Shown here: positions 30,151 to 39,321 of the stretch, piece by piece
Position numbering within the stretch: position 1 is the stretch's first letter
Layout: each line of letters opens with the position of its first letter
NCBI GenBank assembly: GCA_043756865.1
Contig: JAYUQG010000024.1
Coordinates: 91,259-155,258, forward strand
Reading direction: 5' to 3'
DNA from: a bacterium
GTDB taxonomy: Bacteria; Patescibacteriota; Minisyncoccia; Phycocordibacterales; UBA6899
Length of the DNA stretch: 64,000 nt
The notes under the pieces: model-generated
What the model saw: the letters and a program-made list of their open reading frames with translations, nothing else
What the model was told of the DNA's origin: nothing
The model's database searches: none
Translations under genes and position numbers: made by a program

Positions 30151-32034
30151 ATGACACAAGACACCGCACTTACAATTATGAAAACCGGGGCAAATATTTT
30201 CCTCACTGGTGAGCCGGGGTCTGGAAAAACACATACCGTGAACGCATATGTGCGGTACCTGAAGGAGCATGGTATTCAACCTTCCATCACTGCGTCGACG
30301 GGGATTGCCGCAACACATGTCGGAGGTATGACGATTCACTCATGGAGCGGTATTGGGATACGTCGCGCACTCTCCGAATATGACCTTGATGCAATGGCCT
30401 CGAACGAGGGGCTGGTCCGCCGACTCGCGAAAGCCAAAGTGCTTATCATCGACGAAATCTCGATGCTTGATGGCACGGTGCTCGACATGGTCGACCAAGT
30501 CTCGCGCACGATAAGGATGAAACAAGAACCCTTTGGCGGGCTACAGGTGATTTTGGTGGGTGACTTCTTTCAGCTCCCGCCGATTGCAAAGCAAGGCGAA
30601 CGTGCGCAGTTTGCGTTTGATTCAAAGGCGTGGAAACTCGCCAATCCAATTATTTGCTATCTTTCTGAACAGCATCGCCAAGAAGACACGGCGTTTCTCT
30701 CGACCTTGGGTGCGATACGTCGCGGGGAATTGGAGGACAGTGTCTTTGAGTATATTGGTGAGCGTAACGTGGCACCGGGTGAACACCCACTCGATATTCC
30801 CCAACTGTACACACACAATATCGACGTCGACAAAAAGAACACCATAGAACTAGAAAAGCTCACCAGCGCACCTGTGGTCTTTCTGATGGAAACAAAGGGG
30901 AGTACGGGGCGGGTAGAACAGTTGGTAAAAGGATGCCTCTCGCCAGAGGAATTGGTCTTGAAGGAAGGTGCGTCTGTCATGTTTACCAAGAACAGCTTTG
31001 ATTCAGGTTATGTAAATGGCACACTCGGTACGGTCATCGGGTTTGATGCTGACAACGGATTTCCTATCGTGGAAACACGTGATGGCGATGAGATAACGGC
31101 GTTTCCGTCGGAGTGGGCAGTGGACGATAGTGGCAAGGTCCTCGCGACCATCACGCAAGTGCCACTACGACTCGCATGGGCTATCACGGTGCACAAAAGC
31201 CAAGGACTCTCGCTGGACGCGGCGGTCATGGACCTCTCACGTGCGTTTGAGTACGGTCAGGGGTATGTCGCACTCTCACGTGTTCGTGAATTCGCTGGTC
31301 TGCATATTCTTGGTATCAACCAGCGCGCGTTTGAGGTACATCCACTCGTCCTTGAACGCGATCAAGCATTCCGCGAACGCTCCGACGATGCAGAGCGTGG
31401 TTTTGAAGACATGCCACCGTCTGATCTCCTGGCACTCCACAATAATTTTATTACTGCTATGGGGGGAACGATTCATGCCGTCGCGCTTGATGAAGCGACA
31501 AAAGCCCCGAAGATTTCTACATATGAACAAACACTCGCACTGGTCGCAGACGGAAAAACTCTTGCAGAGATTATCGCACTTCGCGGGATGACCGAGGGTA
31601 CAATTGTGAAACATCTCGAAGAGCTCGCGCTTTCGGGCAATCTTCCGCCCCTCGAGATGGCACAATTCACAGGACTCGAGCAGCGTGGGCTCGACGATAT
31701 ACGGGAAGCCATCCTCGGCGTAGAAGGAGGTTACTTAAAGCCTATTTATGAAGCGCTCGATGAAGCCTATTCTTATGAAATGATTCGACTTGTGCGCTTA
31801 GCCACAGGCGCTCTGGCAAAGCGTAAAGAAGAGAGCACAGAGCAAAAAGTCGCTCGTAAAGAACCAGCCACTGCGAAGCCAGACAATCTTGGTGCCAAAT
31901 GGTCAACGGAAGAGGAGTCACGTCTGAGAGAAATGTTTCAATCGGGAATGAAGACTGCGCACATCGCCCGCGAGCTCAAGCGTCAATCGGGAGGTATCCG
32001 TGCGCGACTCAAGAAGCTCGGGTTGCTTGAATAG
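30151..32034 (+). CDS. Pif1/RecD-like superfamily-1 ATP-dependent DNA helicase
   Basis: Walker A GEPGSGKTH. Walker B LIIDEISML. Helicase motif …VGDFFQLPPI…. Pif1-family architecture with a C-terminal helical extension. Confidence 0.85.
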   Translation: MTQDTALTIMKTGANIFLTGEPGSGKTHTVNAYVRYLKEHGIQPSITASTGIAATHVGGMTIHSWSGIGIRRALSEYDLDAMASNEGLVRRLAKAKVLIIDEISMLDGTVLDMVDQVSRTIRMKQEPFGGLQVILVGDFFQLPPIAKQGERAQFAFDSKAWKLANPIICYLSEQHRQEDTAFLSTLGAIRRGELEDSVFEYIGERNVAPGEHPLDIPQLYTHNIDVDKKNTIELEKLTSAPVVFLMETKGSTGRVEQLVKGCLSPEELVLKEGASVMFTKNSFDSGYVNGTLGTVIGFDADNGFPIVETRDGDEITAFPSEWAVDDSGKVLATITQVPLRLAWAITVHKSQGLSLDAAVMDLSRAFEYGQGYVALSRVREFAGLHILGINQRAFEVHPLVLERDQAFRERSDDAERGFEDMPPSDLLALHNNFITAMGGTIHAVALDEATKAPKISTYEQTLALVADGKTLAEIIALRGMTEGTIVKHLEELALSGNLPPLEMAQFTGLEQRGLDDIREAILGVEGGYLKPIYEALDEAYSYEMIRLVRLATGALAKRKEESTEQKVARKEPATAKPDNLGAKWSTEEESRLREMFQSGMKTAHIARELKRQSGGIRARLKKLGLLE

Positions 32035-32041
32035 CTATCCC

Positions 32042-32150
32042 GAGTTATGCACACCCACCCCTTGCGTAATTCTACACAGGGTGTATATTTCATTCATCGA
32101 GACGATACGTCGTCTCAATTTAACAAAGCCTGTCACCCGACGGGCTTTTT
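32042..32150 (+). repeat. Repeat R1 (copy A): ~109-nt element with three hairpins ending in an intrinsic terminator; small-RNA-like
   Basis: Near-identical to 33721..33828. Hairpins ACACCC…GGGTGT, GAGACGA-tacg-TCGTCTC, and GCCTGTC-accc-GACGGGC plus T6. Confidence 0.55.
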
Positions 32151-32177
32151 TACGCCTCGATAAAGTATTAAGTATTT

Positions 32178-32225
32178 CAGCGCGAAGCGCAGAGATAGTG
32201 AGTCCTCGAGCGACAACGCCAAATA
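32178..32225 (+). repeat. Repeat R2 (copy A), ~48 nt; pairs with 33667..33714
   Basis: agcgcgaagcGCAGAGATAGTGAGTCCTCGAGCGACAACGCCAAATAG versus agcgcgaagcACCCGGATAGTGAGTCCGCGAGCGGTAACGTCAAATAG (~80%). Confidence 0.5.
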
Positions 32226-32226
32226 G

Positions 32227-32266
32227 AAAGAAAAAACCGCCTTTTAGAGGCGGTCTGGTTTTTTAA
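32227..32266. terminator. Intrinsic terminator hairpin ACCGCC-ttttaga-GGCGGT with an A-run upstream and a T-run downstream; terminates sbmA on the minus strand
   Basis: 6-bp stem. AAAGAAAAAA on plus becomes a U-tract on minus. ctggtttttt also follows on the plus strand. Confidence 0.6.
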
Positions 32267-33591
32267 GCTACTTCGTCGATTTTCTCAAGCGGGCGATCAT
32301 TGATTGCACGTTCAAGTGAACTCAAACGTTTGTAGATTGAGAGCATTTCGACAATAGTCGGCCAATTGAGGACCAAATATTGAAAAGAACTTTCTACTCT
32401 TCCGAATGCGCGCACAATCTGCTGCATGACTCCAAGGGTGAATCCTGCAAGTATCGCCTCTTTGGAAAGCAGGGTTGGTGCGAGTGCGATGTAGGGAACG
32501 AGTGCACCCGCCTGTAGATAGCTATACCGCACCATGTTGAAGTACATGTAGTGAAAGTACATCCGAAAGTAGTTTGTTCTCACGTGACCAAACAGCTCAC
32601 GCAATGTCTTCGGTTGTGCCCGAGTTTCGTCCTCTTCGCCGAATACTAGCTCCTTGCGGTAAGCGTGCTCCACTCGTTGGTTGTGGAATTTCAATGTCGG
32701 CAGATAATAACCCGTCAGTGCGAGCACAATCGTACCGAAAACAGACCAGCAGACTGCAATAATCACCAATCCATGGGCGATCGGTCCGATGACGGGTATC
32801 TCCGAGACAAACTTCGTCGAGAGCATCCAAAGAATCGGCAAGAACGCAATGAGCGTCATCACCGCATCAAGCAGTCCCGCACCCAATCCTTCCATGATGT
32901 CTGCAAAACGCATCGTGTCGTCTTGAATACGTTGGGACGCTCCTTCGATGTGACGGACTTTGCTCCATTTCCCAGTATAGTACTCGTTCATCGCGGTGCG
33001 CCACCGGAAGTTGTAGTGCTGGATGAAATAGTTTCCCAGCGTTCTCACAATCACAAACACCGCTGCAATGGTGAAAAAGGTGGCCAGACGTCCGTAGTAC
33101 TCAGTATTTTCGATAGTTCCGGGGTTCGCAAACATGGTTTGAATCATGTTGTAAAACCCACCGAACCATTCGTTAATCATGACATCGAGTTGCACCTGAA
33201 ACCACGTGAAAAAGATAATCACAGCGGAACCAAGAAGCGACCACTTCAGCCATTTGTGTGAACTACAGAAGTACCAGCAGGCAATAAATATTCCGTAGCA
33301 AGGGATGAGGAATTGGTATGCCCAAAAAGTCACCGCGCTTCCGAGCGCACTTATCTGGGATTGCACCAACTTTACTCGCTCGGGGTCTGTCTTTGCACCG
33401 AATCGCGCCGCTTCCTTTTGTAGCGTTTCGAGTAATCCGTAGTCGAGTTGAGCAAAGCCGAACCATTGACCAACGGAATACATTTGACCTGTTTGCTCTC
33501 CTAATGTGAACCAAAACACCAAGCAGGCAAGTGCCCATATCACAAATGAGCCAAAGAAGAGGAGCGGCCTCGGAAAGAAGGAATTAAACAT
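32263..33591 (-). CDS. sbmA: SbmA/BacA-family inner-membrane peptide transporter
   Basis: Strong collinear similarity to SbmA as recalled from E. coli: MFNSFFPRP…, FRWRTAMNEYY, HIEGASQRIQDDTMRFA, MTLIAFLPIL, NQRVEHAYRKELVFGEEDETRA, YFRMYFHYMYFN, LSIYKRLSSLE. Confidence 0.85.
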   Translation of the reverse strand: MFNSFFPRPLLFFGSFVIWALACLVFWFTLGEQTGQMYSVGQWFGFAQLDYGLLETLQKEAARFGAKTDPERVKLVQSQISALGSAVTFWAYQFLIPCYGIFIACWYFCSSHKWLKWSLLGSAVIIFFTWFQVQLDVMINEWFGGFYNMIQTMFANPGTIENTEYYGRLATFFTIAAVFVIVRTLGNYFIQHYNFRWRTAMNEYYTGKWSKVRHIEGASQRIQDDTMRFADIMEGLGAGLLDAVMTLIAFLPILWMLSTKFVSEIPVIGPIAHGLVIIAVCWSVFGTIVLALTGYYLPTLKFHNQRVEHAYRKELVFGEEDETRAQPKTLRELFGHVRTNYFRMYFHYMYFNMVRYSYLQAGALVPYIALAPTLLSKEAILAGFTLGVMQQIVRAFGRVESSFQYLVLNWPTIVEMLSIYKRLSSLERAINDRPLEKIDEVA

Positions 33592-33666
33592 TGGGGGACC
33601 CCTTTTGTGTCGAGAACTTTGTCTGTCAAAAGTCTAAAGGAAGGCGCAAATATAGCAACTGCATTA

Positions 33667-33714
33667 AGCGCGAAGCACCCGGATAGTGAGTCCGCGAGCG
33701 GTAACGTCAAATAG
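33667..33714 (+). repeat. Repeat R2' (copy B)
   Basis: See 32178..32225. Confidence 0.5.
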
Positions 33715-33720
33715 CCCCCA

Positions 33721-33828
33721 AGTTATCCACACCCACCCCTTGCGTAATTCTACACAGGGTGTATATTTCATTCATCGAGACGATACGTCGTCTCAATTTA
33801 ACAAAGCCCGTCTCTGACGGGCTTTTTT
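33721..33828 (+). repeat. Repeat R1' (copy B): small-RNA-like element with terminator GCCCGTC-tctg-ACGGGC plus T6
   Basis: About 95% identical to 32042..32130. Same orientation as copy A. Confidence 0.55.
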
Positions 33829-33858
33829 ACGTCTCCACAACCGCCACAGCTTTTTCAA

Positions 33859-33888
33859 GAAAAAAACCGCCAACTGTTGATGGCGGTT
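33859..33888 (-). terminator. Intrinsic terminator for the minus-strand gene 33902..34621 (AACCGCC-aactgttgat-GGCGGTT)
   Basis: 7-bp stem. The A-run on plus becomes a U-tract on minus. Confidence 0.55.
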
Positions 33889-33901
33889 TATTGTGTTTCT
33901 G

Positions 33902-34621
33902 CTATTTACGCAGTTTGCGAATGAGCGGTTTCACGAGTATGAGGGTGATGTTGAGTGCAATCAGGCAAAGCCACAATCCAAATAGGTATTTCATGGCTGT
34001 GAAAAACCAGTCATGTTCAGTCCAGATTTCTTTGAGCGTGAACACGAAGTAGTCTGGGTCATGCCACGCGAATGCGACGATTGCTGCCACAAAAAGTGAG
34101 GTGAGGATGATTTGCCCTCGTGGTTCCTCCACAAGCCACGCGCCGATGCGCTCGAGACGATTCGTGATTTTGCTCCACCCCTCCGCCGTTCGTACGGCGA
34201 TGGGTGTCCAGAATGCACGGAGTGCTTCGTGAATTGGATCCCATGCCATATGCCAAATCTTGGTGACCCAACTTGCGGTAGCATTCCACATGCGGGCAAG
34301 TCTGTCGCCGAGTCTCAGCACGCTCACGATGGCCACTATGGTGAGGGCGACCTGACCCAAGATTGCAAAGGGAAGTCCCACAATAAGGAGCGGAATACCC
34401 CACCATGCACCTGCAGAAATTCGTTCAACAAATGCACTGCCGAGCAGTAGCGCAAAAGAGAGAATCGCCACTCCCCATGCAGGTAAGAGTGGCATTTCAT
34501 GGCGGAGCCAAAATTTGAGCCCCACAAACAGGTGGAAGTAATAAGCAATTCCTGATTTCTCGGGAACTGATTCATGCCTTGCGAGGTACGGACGCTCAAA
34601 GAAAAACCGTGCAATGTTCAT
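33902..34621 (-). CDS. Hypothetical polytopic membrane protein (239 aa)
   Basis: Five or six TM helices. Terminator downstream. Confidence 0.5.
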   Translation of the reverse strand: MNIARFFFERPYLARHESVPEKSGIAYYFHLFVGLKFWLRHEMPLLPAWGVAILSFALLLGSAFVERISAGAWWGIPLLIVGLPFAILGQVALTIVAIVSVLRLGDRLARMWNATASWVTKIWHMAWDPIHEALRAFWTPIAVRTAEGWSKITNRLERIGAWLVEEPRGQIILTSLFVAAIVAFAWHDPDYFVFTLKEIWTEHDWFFTAMKYLFGLWLCLIALNITLILVKPLIRKLRK

Positions 34622-34758
34622 GTGATGAACCCCTTTTTATCTTTCTGCAAACTACAACGATAAATGGTTATTGTAAAGAGCTTGTCGTCATGTGGTGTAT
34701 TGCACTCTCCGCCCCCACCCCGTATCATTTGCACCAGCATGTACAGCGGGAAAAGGTA

Positions 34759-35055
34759 ATGGGCAAAATGGATACATGGCGTATGACCGAAACAGGCACG
34801 GTCGGAGAATGGATACAGGCACCCAATGGTGAATTTGTGGGGACTATTGTCTCCGACTGTGGCGATGTGTACATCGCAGGAAGCAAGGACTGCCCTGATC
34901 CCTACGATGGCGCGCTCATTACCAAAGGCACGCGCGTGCGCTTCGTCCCCGAGCAAAAGGGGAACAAGGTGAAAGACATGGACACGGGTGTTCCGTACTC
35001 TTGGGGCGTCGCTCGAGAAATCGCGATTGTTCCTAAAACACTCAAGCACCGTTAG
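34759..35055 (+). CDS. Small hypothetical protein (~98 aa)
   Basis: AAAAGG SD-like sequence upstream. The start could be at 34768. The minus-strand ORF overlap was rejected. Confidence 0.35.
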   Translation: MGKMDTWRMTETGTVGEWIQAPNGEFVGTIVSDCGDVYIAGSKDCPDPYDGALITKGTRVRFVPEQKGNKVKDMDTGVPYSWGVAREIAIVPKTLKHR

Positions 35056-35396
35056 CGGTGCTTTTTCTTTGCACCGCTAATTTCCGCGGACTCACGCACC
35101 CAGGCGTCGATTTGCTCGCGGTCAGTCATGATTTCTTCGGGGACTTCCCAGTAGCTCATGGCTACCTTCTTTTGGTCTTTGCTTGAATATGCAAACGGGG
35201 CGCTGCCTAGCGTTTCATAGTGAGCACGGTTTGTCTCGTTCACCTTGAAATAAAGCGTGCTTTCGGCAATGATTCCAAAAATTATCCCGTCTAAGTACAG
35301 CCCATAGCCGCCAAACATGGATTTGGAGGTAATGCCACGAATGCGCCCTAAGACATCATGCACCACATAGTCGTGGAACTCACTCGATTTTTTCAT
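35052..35396 (-). CDS. TfoX/Sxy N-terminal-domain protein (competence regulator family)
   Basis: KSMFGGYGLYLDGIIFGII…LYFKV matches the TfoX_N core. Confidence 0.75.
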   Translation of the reverse strand: MKKSSEFHDYVVHDVLGRIRGITSKSMFGGYGLYLDGIIFGIIAESTLYFKVNETNRAHYETLGSAPFAYSSKDQKKVAMSYWEVPEEIMTDREQIDAWVRESAEISGAKKKHR

Positions 35397-35848
35397 GGAC
35401 GTGGTTTGTGCAATGCTTCTTGCTCAGTCTTAAAACGAAACCATACTTTTCTCCAGTACTGGTAAGTGAGAAAAATAAAGACTCCTGCTAAGGCCGACCA
35501 TGCTCCAAGCAGAAAAAAGTAGGCACACCAGAAAAGTTCTTTGATATAAAAATATTTGATGAGTTTTGGGTAGCAACTCACCTCCGCCTGTGTGGCGTCG
35601 GGGTACTTTCTGCGCTGCGCTTCTTCTAGACTGTTTGCCACTGATGCGTGCATCCAAGAAAAGAATACCGCACAGACACCGAGATATTCGATCCAACCCT
35701 TGTTTGAAATATACGCAGTAGTAAGCAATACGAAAGCCACAATAATGGATTCAACTTGCCACGTATGCATGCCCGTCAGCTTCTGTATGCGCACCATACC
35801 GAGGCAAAAGAGGTTTTTCATAGTGCAAATTGTAACATGGACAGACAT
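35393..35848 (-). CDS. Hypothetical membrane protein (4 TM)
   Basis: 4-nt overlap with the downstream tfoX-like gene, so likely co-transcribed. Confidence 0.45.
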   Translation of the reverse strand: MSVHVTICTMKNLFCLGMVRIQKLTGMHTWQVESIIVAFVLLTTAYISNKGWIEYLGVCAVFFSWMHASVANSLEEAQRRKYPDATQAEVSCYPKLIKYFYIKELFWCAYFFLLGAWSALAGVFIFLTYQYWRKVWFRFKTEQEALHKPRP

Positions 35849-35919
35849 GGGGGTAATACCTTGAAAAATAGACGCATTTGGCTATACTGCGTAGGTTAGT
35901 TGGATTGATATAACATATT

Positions 35920-35988
35920 GCGGGTTCGTCTAATGGTAGGACGTTACCCTCTGGAGGTAAATATTGGGGTTCGAGTCCCTGACCCGCA
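35920..35988 (+). tRNA. tRNA-Gln (CTG)
   Basis: Acceptor GCGGGTT/GACCCGC, Glu/Gln-type D-arm TCTAATGGTAGGA, anticodon stem TTACC/GGTAA with loop CTCTGGA, T-arm TGGGGTTCGAGTCCCTG. 69 nt. Confidence 0.7.
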
Positions 35989-35997
35989 GTTACCACA

Positions 35998-36028
35998 CAA
36001 AAACACTCTGCCAAGAGTGTTTTTGTTT
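35998..36028 (+). terminator. Hairpin AAAAACACTCT-gcca-AGAGTGTTTTT immediately 3' of tRNA-Gln; centre of a longer palindrome
   Basis: Perfect 11-bp stem. Flanked by tRNA 3' end at 35971..35995 and its inverted copy at 36030..36055. Confidence 0.5.
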
Positions 36029-36029
36029 T

Positions 36030-36055
36030 GTGGTAACTCGCGGGTCAGGGACTCG
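36030..36055 (-). repeat. Inverted copy of the tRNA-Gln 3' end (GTGGTAACTCGCGGGTCAGGGACTCG)
   Basis: Reverse complement equals CGAGTCCCTGACCCGCgAGTTACCAC, compared with the tRNA end CGAGTCCCTGACCCGCAGTTACCAC. Confidence 0.6.
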
Positions 36056-36168
36056 AAATGCGTAAGGTGGTATACAAGACGAGCGAAGCGAGTGCTTGTC
36101 ACCGAGCCGGGGTCGAGAGCACTTTGTAGTTCGGTGGCCTTGCGCCGAAATACTTAGTGACTCGTGAC

Positions 36169-36186
36169 CGAGTCCCTGACCCGCAG
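36169..36186 (+). repeat. Direct copy of the tRNA-Gln 3' end (CGAGTCCCTGACCCGCAG); att-like
   Basis: 18/18 identical to tRNA positions 35972..35989. Confidence 0.65.
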
Positions 36187-36452
36187 CAATGTCGCAACGT
36201 CACCCTTTTTGGGTGATTTTGCTATGGGTGAAAATTGTTTGTGAGGGTGATGTTTTTCTCCCCCCGCTCAATTATGCCAATATATGTGCGGTGCACCTCG
36301 GCGCGCTCTGTGAGTTTTTCTTGGGAAAGCTCGCGTTTCAAGCGTTCCTCGCGGACTCGTTTGCCGAATTTGGTTAGCAACTGTTTATTCATATCTACAT
36401 GTACAGTGTAGGAAGTTGCCTACCATGGTTCTACATACTAAAGTTAGCAAAT

Positions 36453-37043
36453 ATGGACAATAATGCGGTGATATTTATACTAGTTGTTTTTGTTGTTTTT
36501 ATTGTGATGAAGATGTTTTTTCAAAAAAAGACACACACAAACACTCATTCAAAAAGCGGACTAATCCTTTCAATCATCTCGCTTTTGTTACCATTCGCGA
36601 AGGAGTTTTTAGAAAAGAGACAGGAGGAAAAGAAGTATATTACAGAAGACGCTCGATATAGTAAAAAACAATATTTCATGACGACCGCTGAGCATCATGT
36701 TTTCGACCAGTTGTTAAAAATAGCAGGGGAGAAATATCACGTCTTTCCGCAGGTGCACTACAGTAAAATTATGTACGCCGAGGGACAGCAGAATTTCCAT
36801 AATCCGTGGTTCAACAAGATAGACCGAAAGTCCGCAGACTTTGTACTTTTTGACAAGCACGACATTTCTCCTGTTTTGGTGATTGAGCATGACGATAAGA
36901 CTCATAATCGTAAAGACCGAATTGAAAGGGACGATTTTATTGACCACACACTTGAAAAAAGTGGAATTTCAATTGTGCATGTTCGACCATTCGCGACCGA
37001 AGAGGAACTGAAGAAACTACTCCAAGTAAAAATCAGTATATAA
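36453..37043 (+). CDS. Membrane-anchored DUF2726-like protein (predicted PD-(D/E)xK / NERD-like nuclease fold)
   Basis: N-terminal TM (AVIFILVVFVVFIVM). Core …YHVFPQVHYSKI…ADFVLFDKHDISPVLVIEHDDKTHNRKDR…GISIVHV has the D…E-x-D/K pattern typical of DUF2726. Confidence 0.6.
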   Translation: MDNNAVIFILVVFVVFIVMKMFFQKKTHTNTHSKSGLILSIISLLLPFAKEFLEKRQEEKKYITEDARYSKKQYFMTTAEHHVFDQLLKIAGEKYHVFPQVHYSKIMYAEGQQNFHNPWFNKIDRKSADFVLFDKHDISPVLVIEHDDKTHNRKDRIERDDFIDHTLEKSGISIVHVRPFATEEELKKLLQVKISI

Positions 37044-37150
37044 GCTTGGATTGGCTTAAAATTGTTCCAACGTCGTCCCACACTCCCAGCAAATGGAAGC
37101 ACCCCTTGGGGGTGTTTTCATTTGCGGGAAAAAGTGCTCTGCAGCACTTT

Positions 37151-37167
37151 TGGCAGGGACTCGAAGC
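37151..37167 (-). repeat. Inverted partial copy of the tRNA-Gln 3' end (GGCAGGGACTCGAAGCC)
   Basis: Reverse complement equals GGCTTCGAGTCCCTGCC. Confidence 0.5.
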
Positions 37168-37316
37168 CGTTCTCCCCTATTTGTGAAGGATTCTTATCCT
37201 GAGTAAATGGAAAACGGGTACTGCCCCTGTAAGGGGAGAGTCTCTGACTCGGAAGACTGAGGCGAAACACTTGGCACATAAGCACTCCTGTGCGAATATG
37301 TTTAGTAACTAATGAC

Positions 37317-37331
37317 CAGTCCCTGACCCGC
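37317..37331 (+). repeat. Direct copy of the tRNA-Gln 3' end (CAGTCCCTGACCCGC); att-like
   Basis: 14/15 identical to the tRNA 3' end. Confidence 0.6.
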
Positions 37332-37364
37332 TACTAAATTGAGTGAGGTTCGGTTCGCGAGAGT

Positions 37365-37790
37365 ATGATTATGACGCCAGAAAATTTAATAAACATAATA
37401 AGTATCGGAGGGGCACTACTAGGTGTTGTTGTTGGAGCACTCCTTAATCACTTTCTAGAAAAAGATAGAAATAAAGACTCTTTAATCTTAAATAAGAAAA
37501 TTGATATTTACTCCTCCCTGTTAGTTAAATTAAATACAGTATTTCAAGACAGTGAGAAAAATATTCTTAATGACCCACTCTTTGAAACAACAATCAGAAC
37601 AACCCTTGCACAATCATTGTCAGAAGCTCGCCTAATAGCTGATGCAAAATTAGAACAGAAACTCAGGGACTACTATGATGAAGCAGTGCTTTTTTGGGAG
37701 AATAAAAAGTACGACAACACCATGCCTAATTTAGTTATTGAGATTGAGCAGTTGATGCGAATTGAGCTAGGAAAAGAACGTCTGCATTAA
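37365..37790 (+). CDS. Hypothetical protein with an N-terminal TM helix and an alpha-helical domain
   Basis: IISIGGALLGVVVGALL TM. AT-rich codon usage typical of the islet. Confidence 0.45.
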   Translation: MIMTPENLINIISIGGALLGVVVGALLNHFLEKDRNKDSLILNKKIDIYSSLLVKLNTVFQDSEKNILNDPLFETTIRTTLAQSLSEARLIADAKLEQKLRDYYDEAVLFWENKKYDNTMPNLVIEIEQLMRIELGKERLH

Positions 37791-37894
37791 TCATTTTGCT
37801 GAGCGCCGAAATGACTTCTTTCAAATCGCCTTATATATCATTATTGGCTTAATGGGGGAAAGTAGGACGCAGGGGGCTGCGGTAAAACCACGAA

Positions 37895-38614
37895 GTGAAA
37901 AGAAGTATCGATCCAATGAAAAACGAAAAAATTAACTCAAAAATCATCGCTCTGTGGAACAAGTATTTTCAGAATGACACTGAGGTGTACGCACCGATGT
38001 TCTACGATGACTTCAAGCGGGGCGGGTTATTGTTTGTCGGCATGAACCCGTCATTTAGCGAGCGAGGATTCAAGACGATCTTGAAAGGCACAAAGTATGA
38101 GAAGATTGACCCCACTTCGTTTTTCAGGTGGAGTAATATTTCCTCAAACCCTGATCTTATCAGCGACTGTATTGCGGTCGAGACCCATGCGTACGAGAAT
38201 TACAAACCCTTCTTTGCTCGTCCTGTTGCGATCGCAAAAGAAGTCGGGCTTGATTGGCAACACATTGATCTATTTCTTTATAAAGAAACATCGCAGGCAG
38301 ATTTCAAGAAACGCATTAAGGATGGTGACTTGCTGAATCAATTTGCACTCGAGCAAATCGCGCTCTTTGAGGAGGTGCTCCTTGCGATTGAGCCGAAGTG
38401 CATCATCGTTGCGAACGCATTCGGCTCCGAGCTTCTCCGTGAACACATCAAGAATGACCTCTTGTGGGATAAAGAGCGGGGATTTCACTGGTTCACCAAA
38501 GGAGGACGAAAGATTCCCATGCTCTTTTCCTCCATGCTTAGTGGGCAAAGAGCACTTGATCGGTGGTCGTATGAACGCTTGAAATGGCACGTTGGGCAGG
38601 CGGTAAAATCATGA
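37895..38614 (+). CDS. Hypothetical protein; possible uracil-DNA-glycosylase-superfamily fold (GMNPS motif). Speculative.
   Basis: LLFVGMNPSF resembles UDG-family motif A (GQDPY/GINPG/GMNPG). The C-terminal …FSSMLSG… is only a weak motif-B candidate. Confidence 0.4.
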   Translation: MKRSIDPMKNEKINSKIIALWNKYFQNDTEVYAPMFYDDFKRGGLLFVGMNPSFSERGFKTILKGTKYEKIDPTSFFRWSNISSNPDLISDCIAVETHAYENYKPFFARPVAIAKEVGLDWQHIDLFLYKETSQADFKKRIKDGDLLNQFALEQIALFEEVLLAIEPKCIIVANAFGSELLREHIKNDLLWDKERGFHWFTKGGRKIPMLFSSMLSGQRALDRWSYERLKWHVGQAVKS

Positions 38615-39321
38615 AAATTATGACAGGAATATTTTTTTCACATCCACATACACTTTCAGATCAAGTAGGTAAAATCTTGGAAAGAGTTGGTCCTCAGAAA
38701 TTCTTTTCAAGTTCTGACAAAGAAGTGAAGAAAGCACAAGAAGGATTCGCGGCATATTTCTTCACTCTTACTTTAAAGAAATACACAGGAAGAGACTGGT
38801 GGTTAGCTCAATACGATCAAGCGGCTCGGTCTTATCCAGATTTTAATTTTATATCATTCGCCGAAAATCCTGGCGATATAAAGATGGAACCAGTAGAACT
38901 AACTGGTATTTATCCTCATTTCAAAACTTTTGATGAGGCCTTAAGAGTTGTTGAAAATAAAAAGAAGAAATATGGATCTGAGCCAGTGAATTTTAGTCTG
39001 CTGGTATTTGTTAATCACGAAAAAAGCGAAGAGTGGATTAATCTGCTAAGGGAGAAAGTGAGTAGCGAGCATCCATTCCTAAGTATTTGGACTATACACT
39101 TGAGATTCAAGAAGGGTGGAAAGGAAGTTGGTAAGTCGGTCGCCCAAAGCATACCCCCCTTGCCATGGCTGAGGATTGAAGCAGATACTGATGATTCAGA
39201 AGTGCACAAGCGCCAGCCGCTCCCATCCTATATGGAAGAGCATCATGAAGGAAGGAATACTTACGTCACATTCAAACCCGAGTTTCTTGATAAGATCAGG
39301 TCGTTGCAAAAAAGTGCCTAG
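38611..39321 (+). CDS. Hypothetical protein (236 aa)
   Basis: ATGA start/stop overlap with the upstream gene. No recognisable motif. Confidence 0.5.
   Translation: MKIMTGIFFSHPHTLSDQVGKILERVGPQKFFSSSDKEVKKAQEGFAAYFFTLTLKKYTGRDWWLAQYDQAARSYPDFNFISFAENPGDIKMEPVELTGIYPHFKTFDEALRVVENKKKKYGSEPVNFSLLVFVNHEKSEEWINLLREKVSSEHPFLSIWTIHLRFKKGGKEVGKSVAQSIPPLPWLRIEADTDDSEVHKRQPLPSYMEEHHEGRNTYVTFKPEFLDKIRSLQKSA

Noticed and set aside
32047-32166. 40-codon ORF (MHTHPLRNSTQGVYFIHRDD…) inside repeat R1 copy A as a type I toxin-like peptide
   Set aside because: The second R1 copy has ATC instead of ATG and a different stop. The element behaves as hairpins plus terminator, so it is regarded as non-coding.
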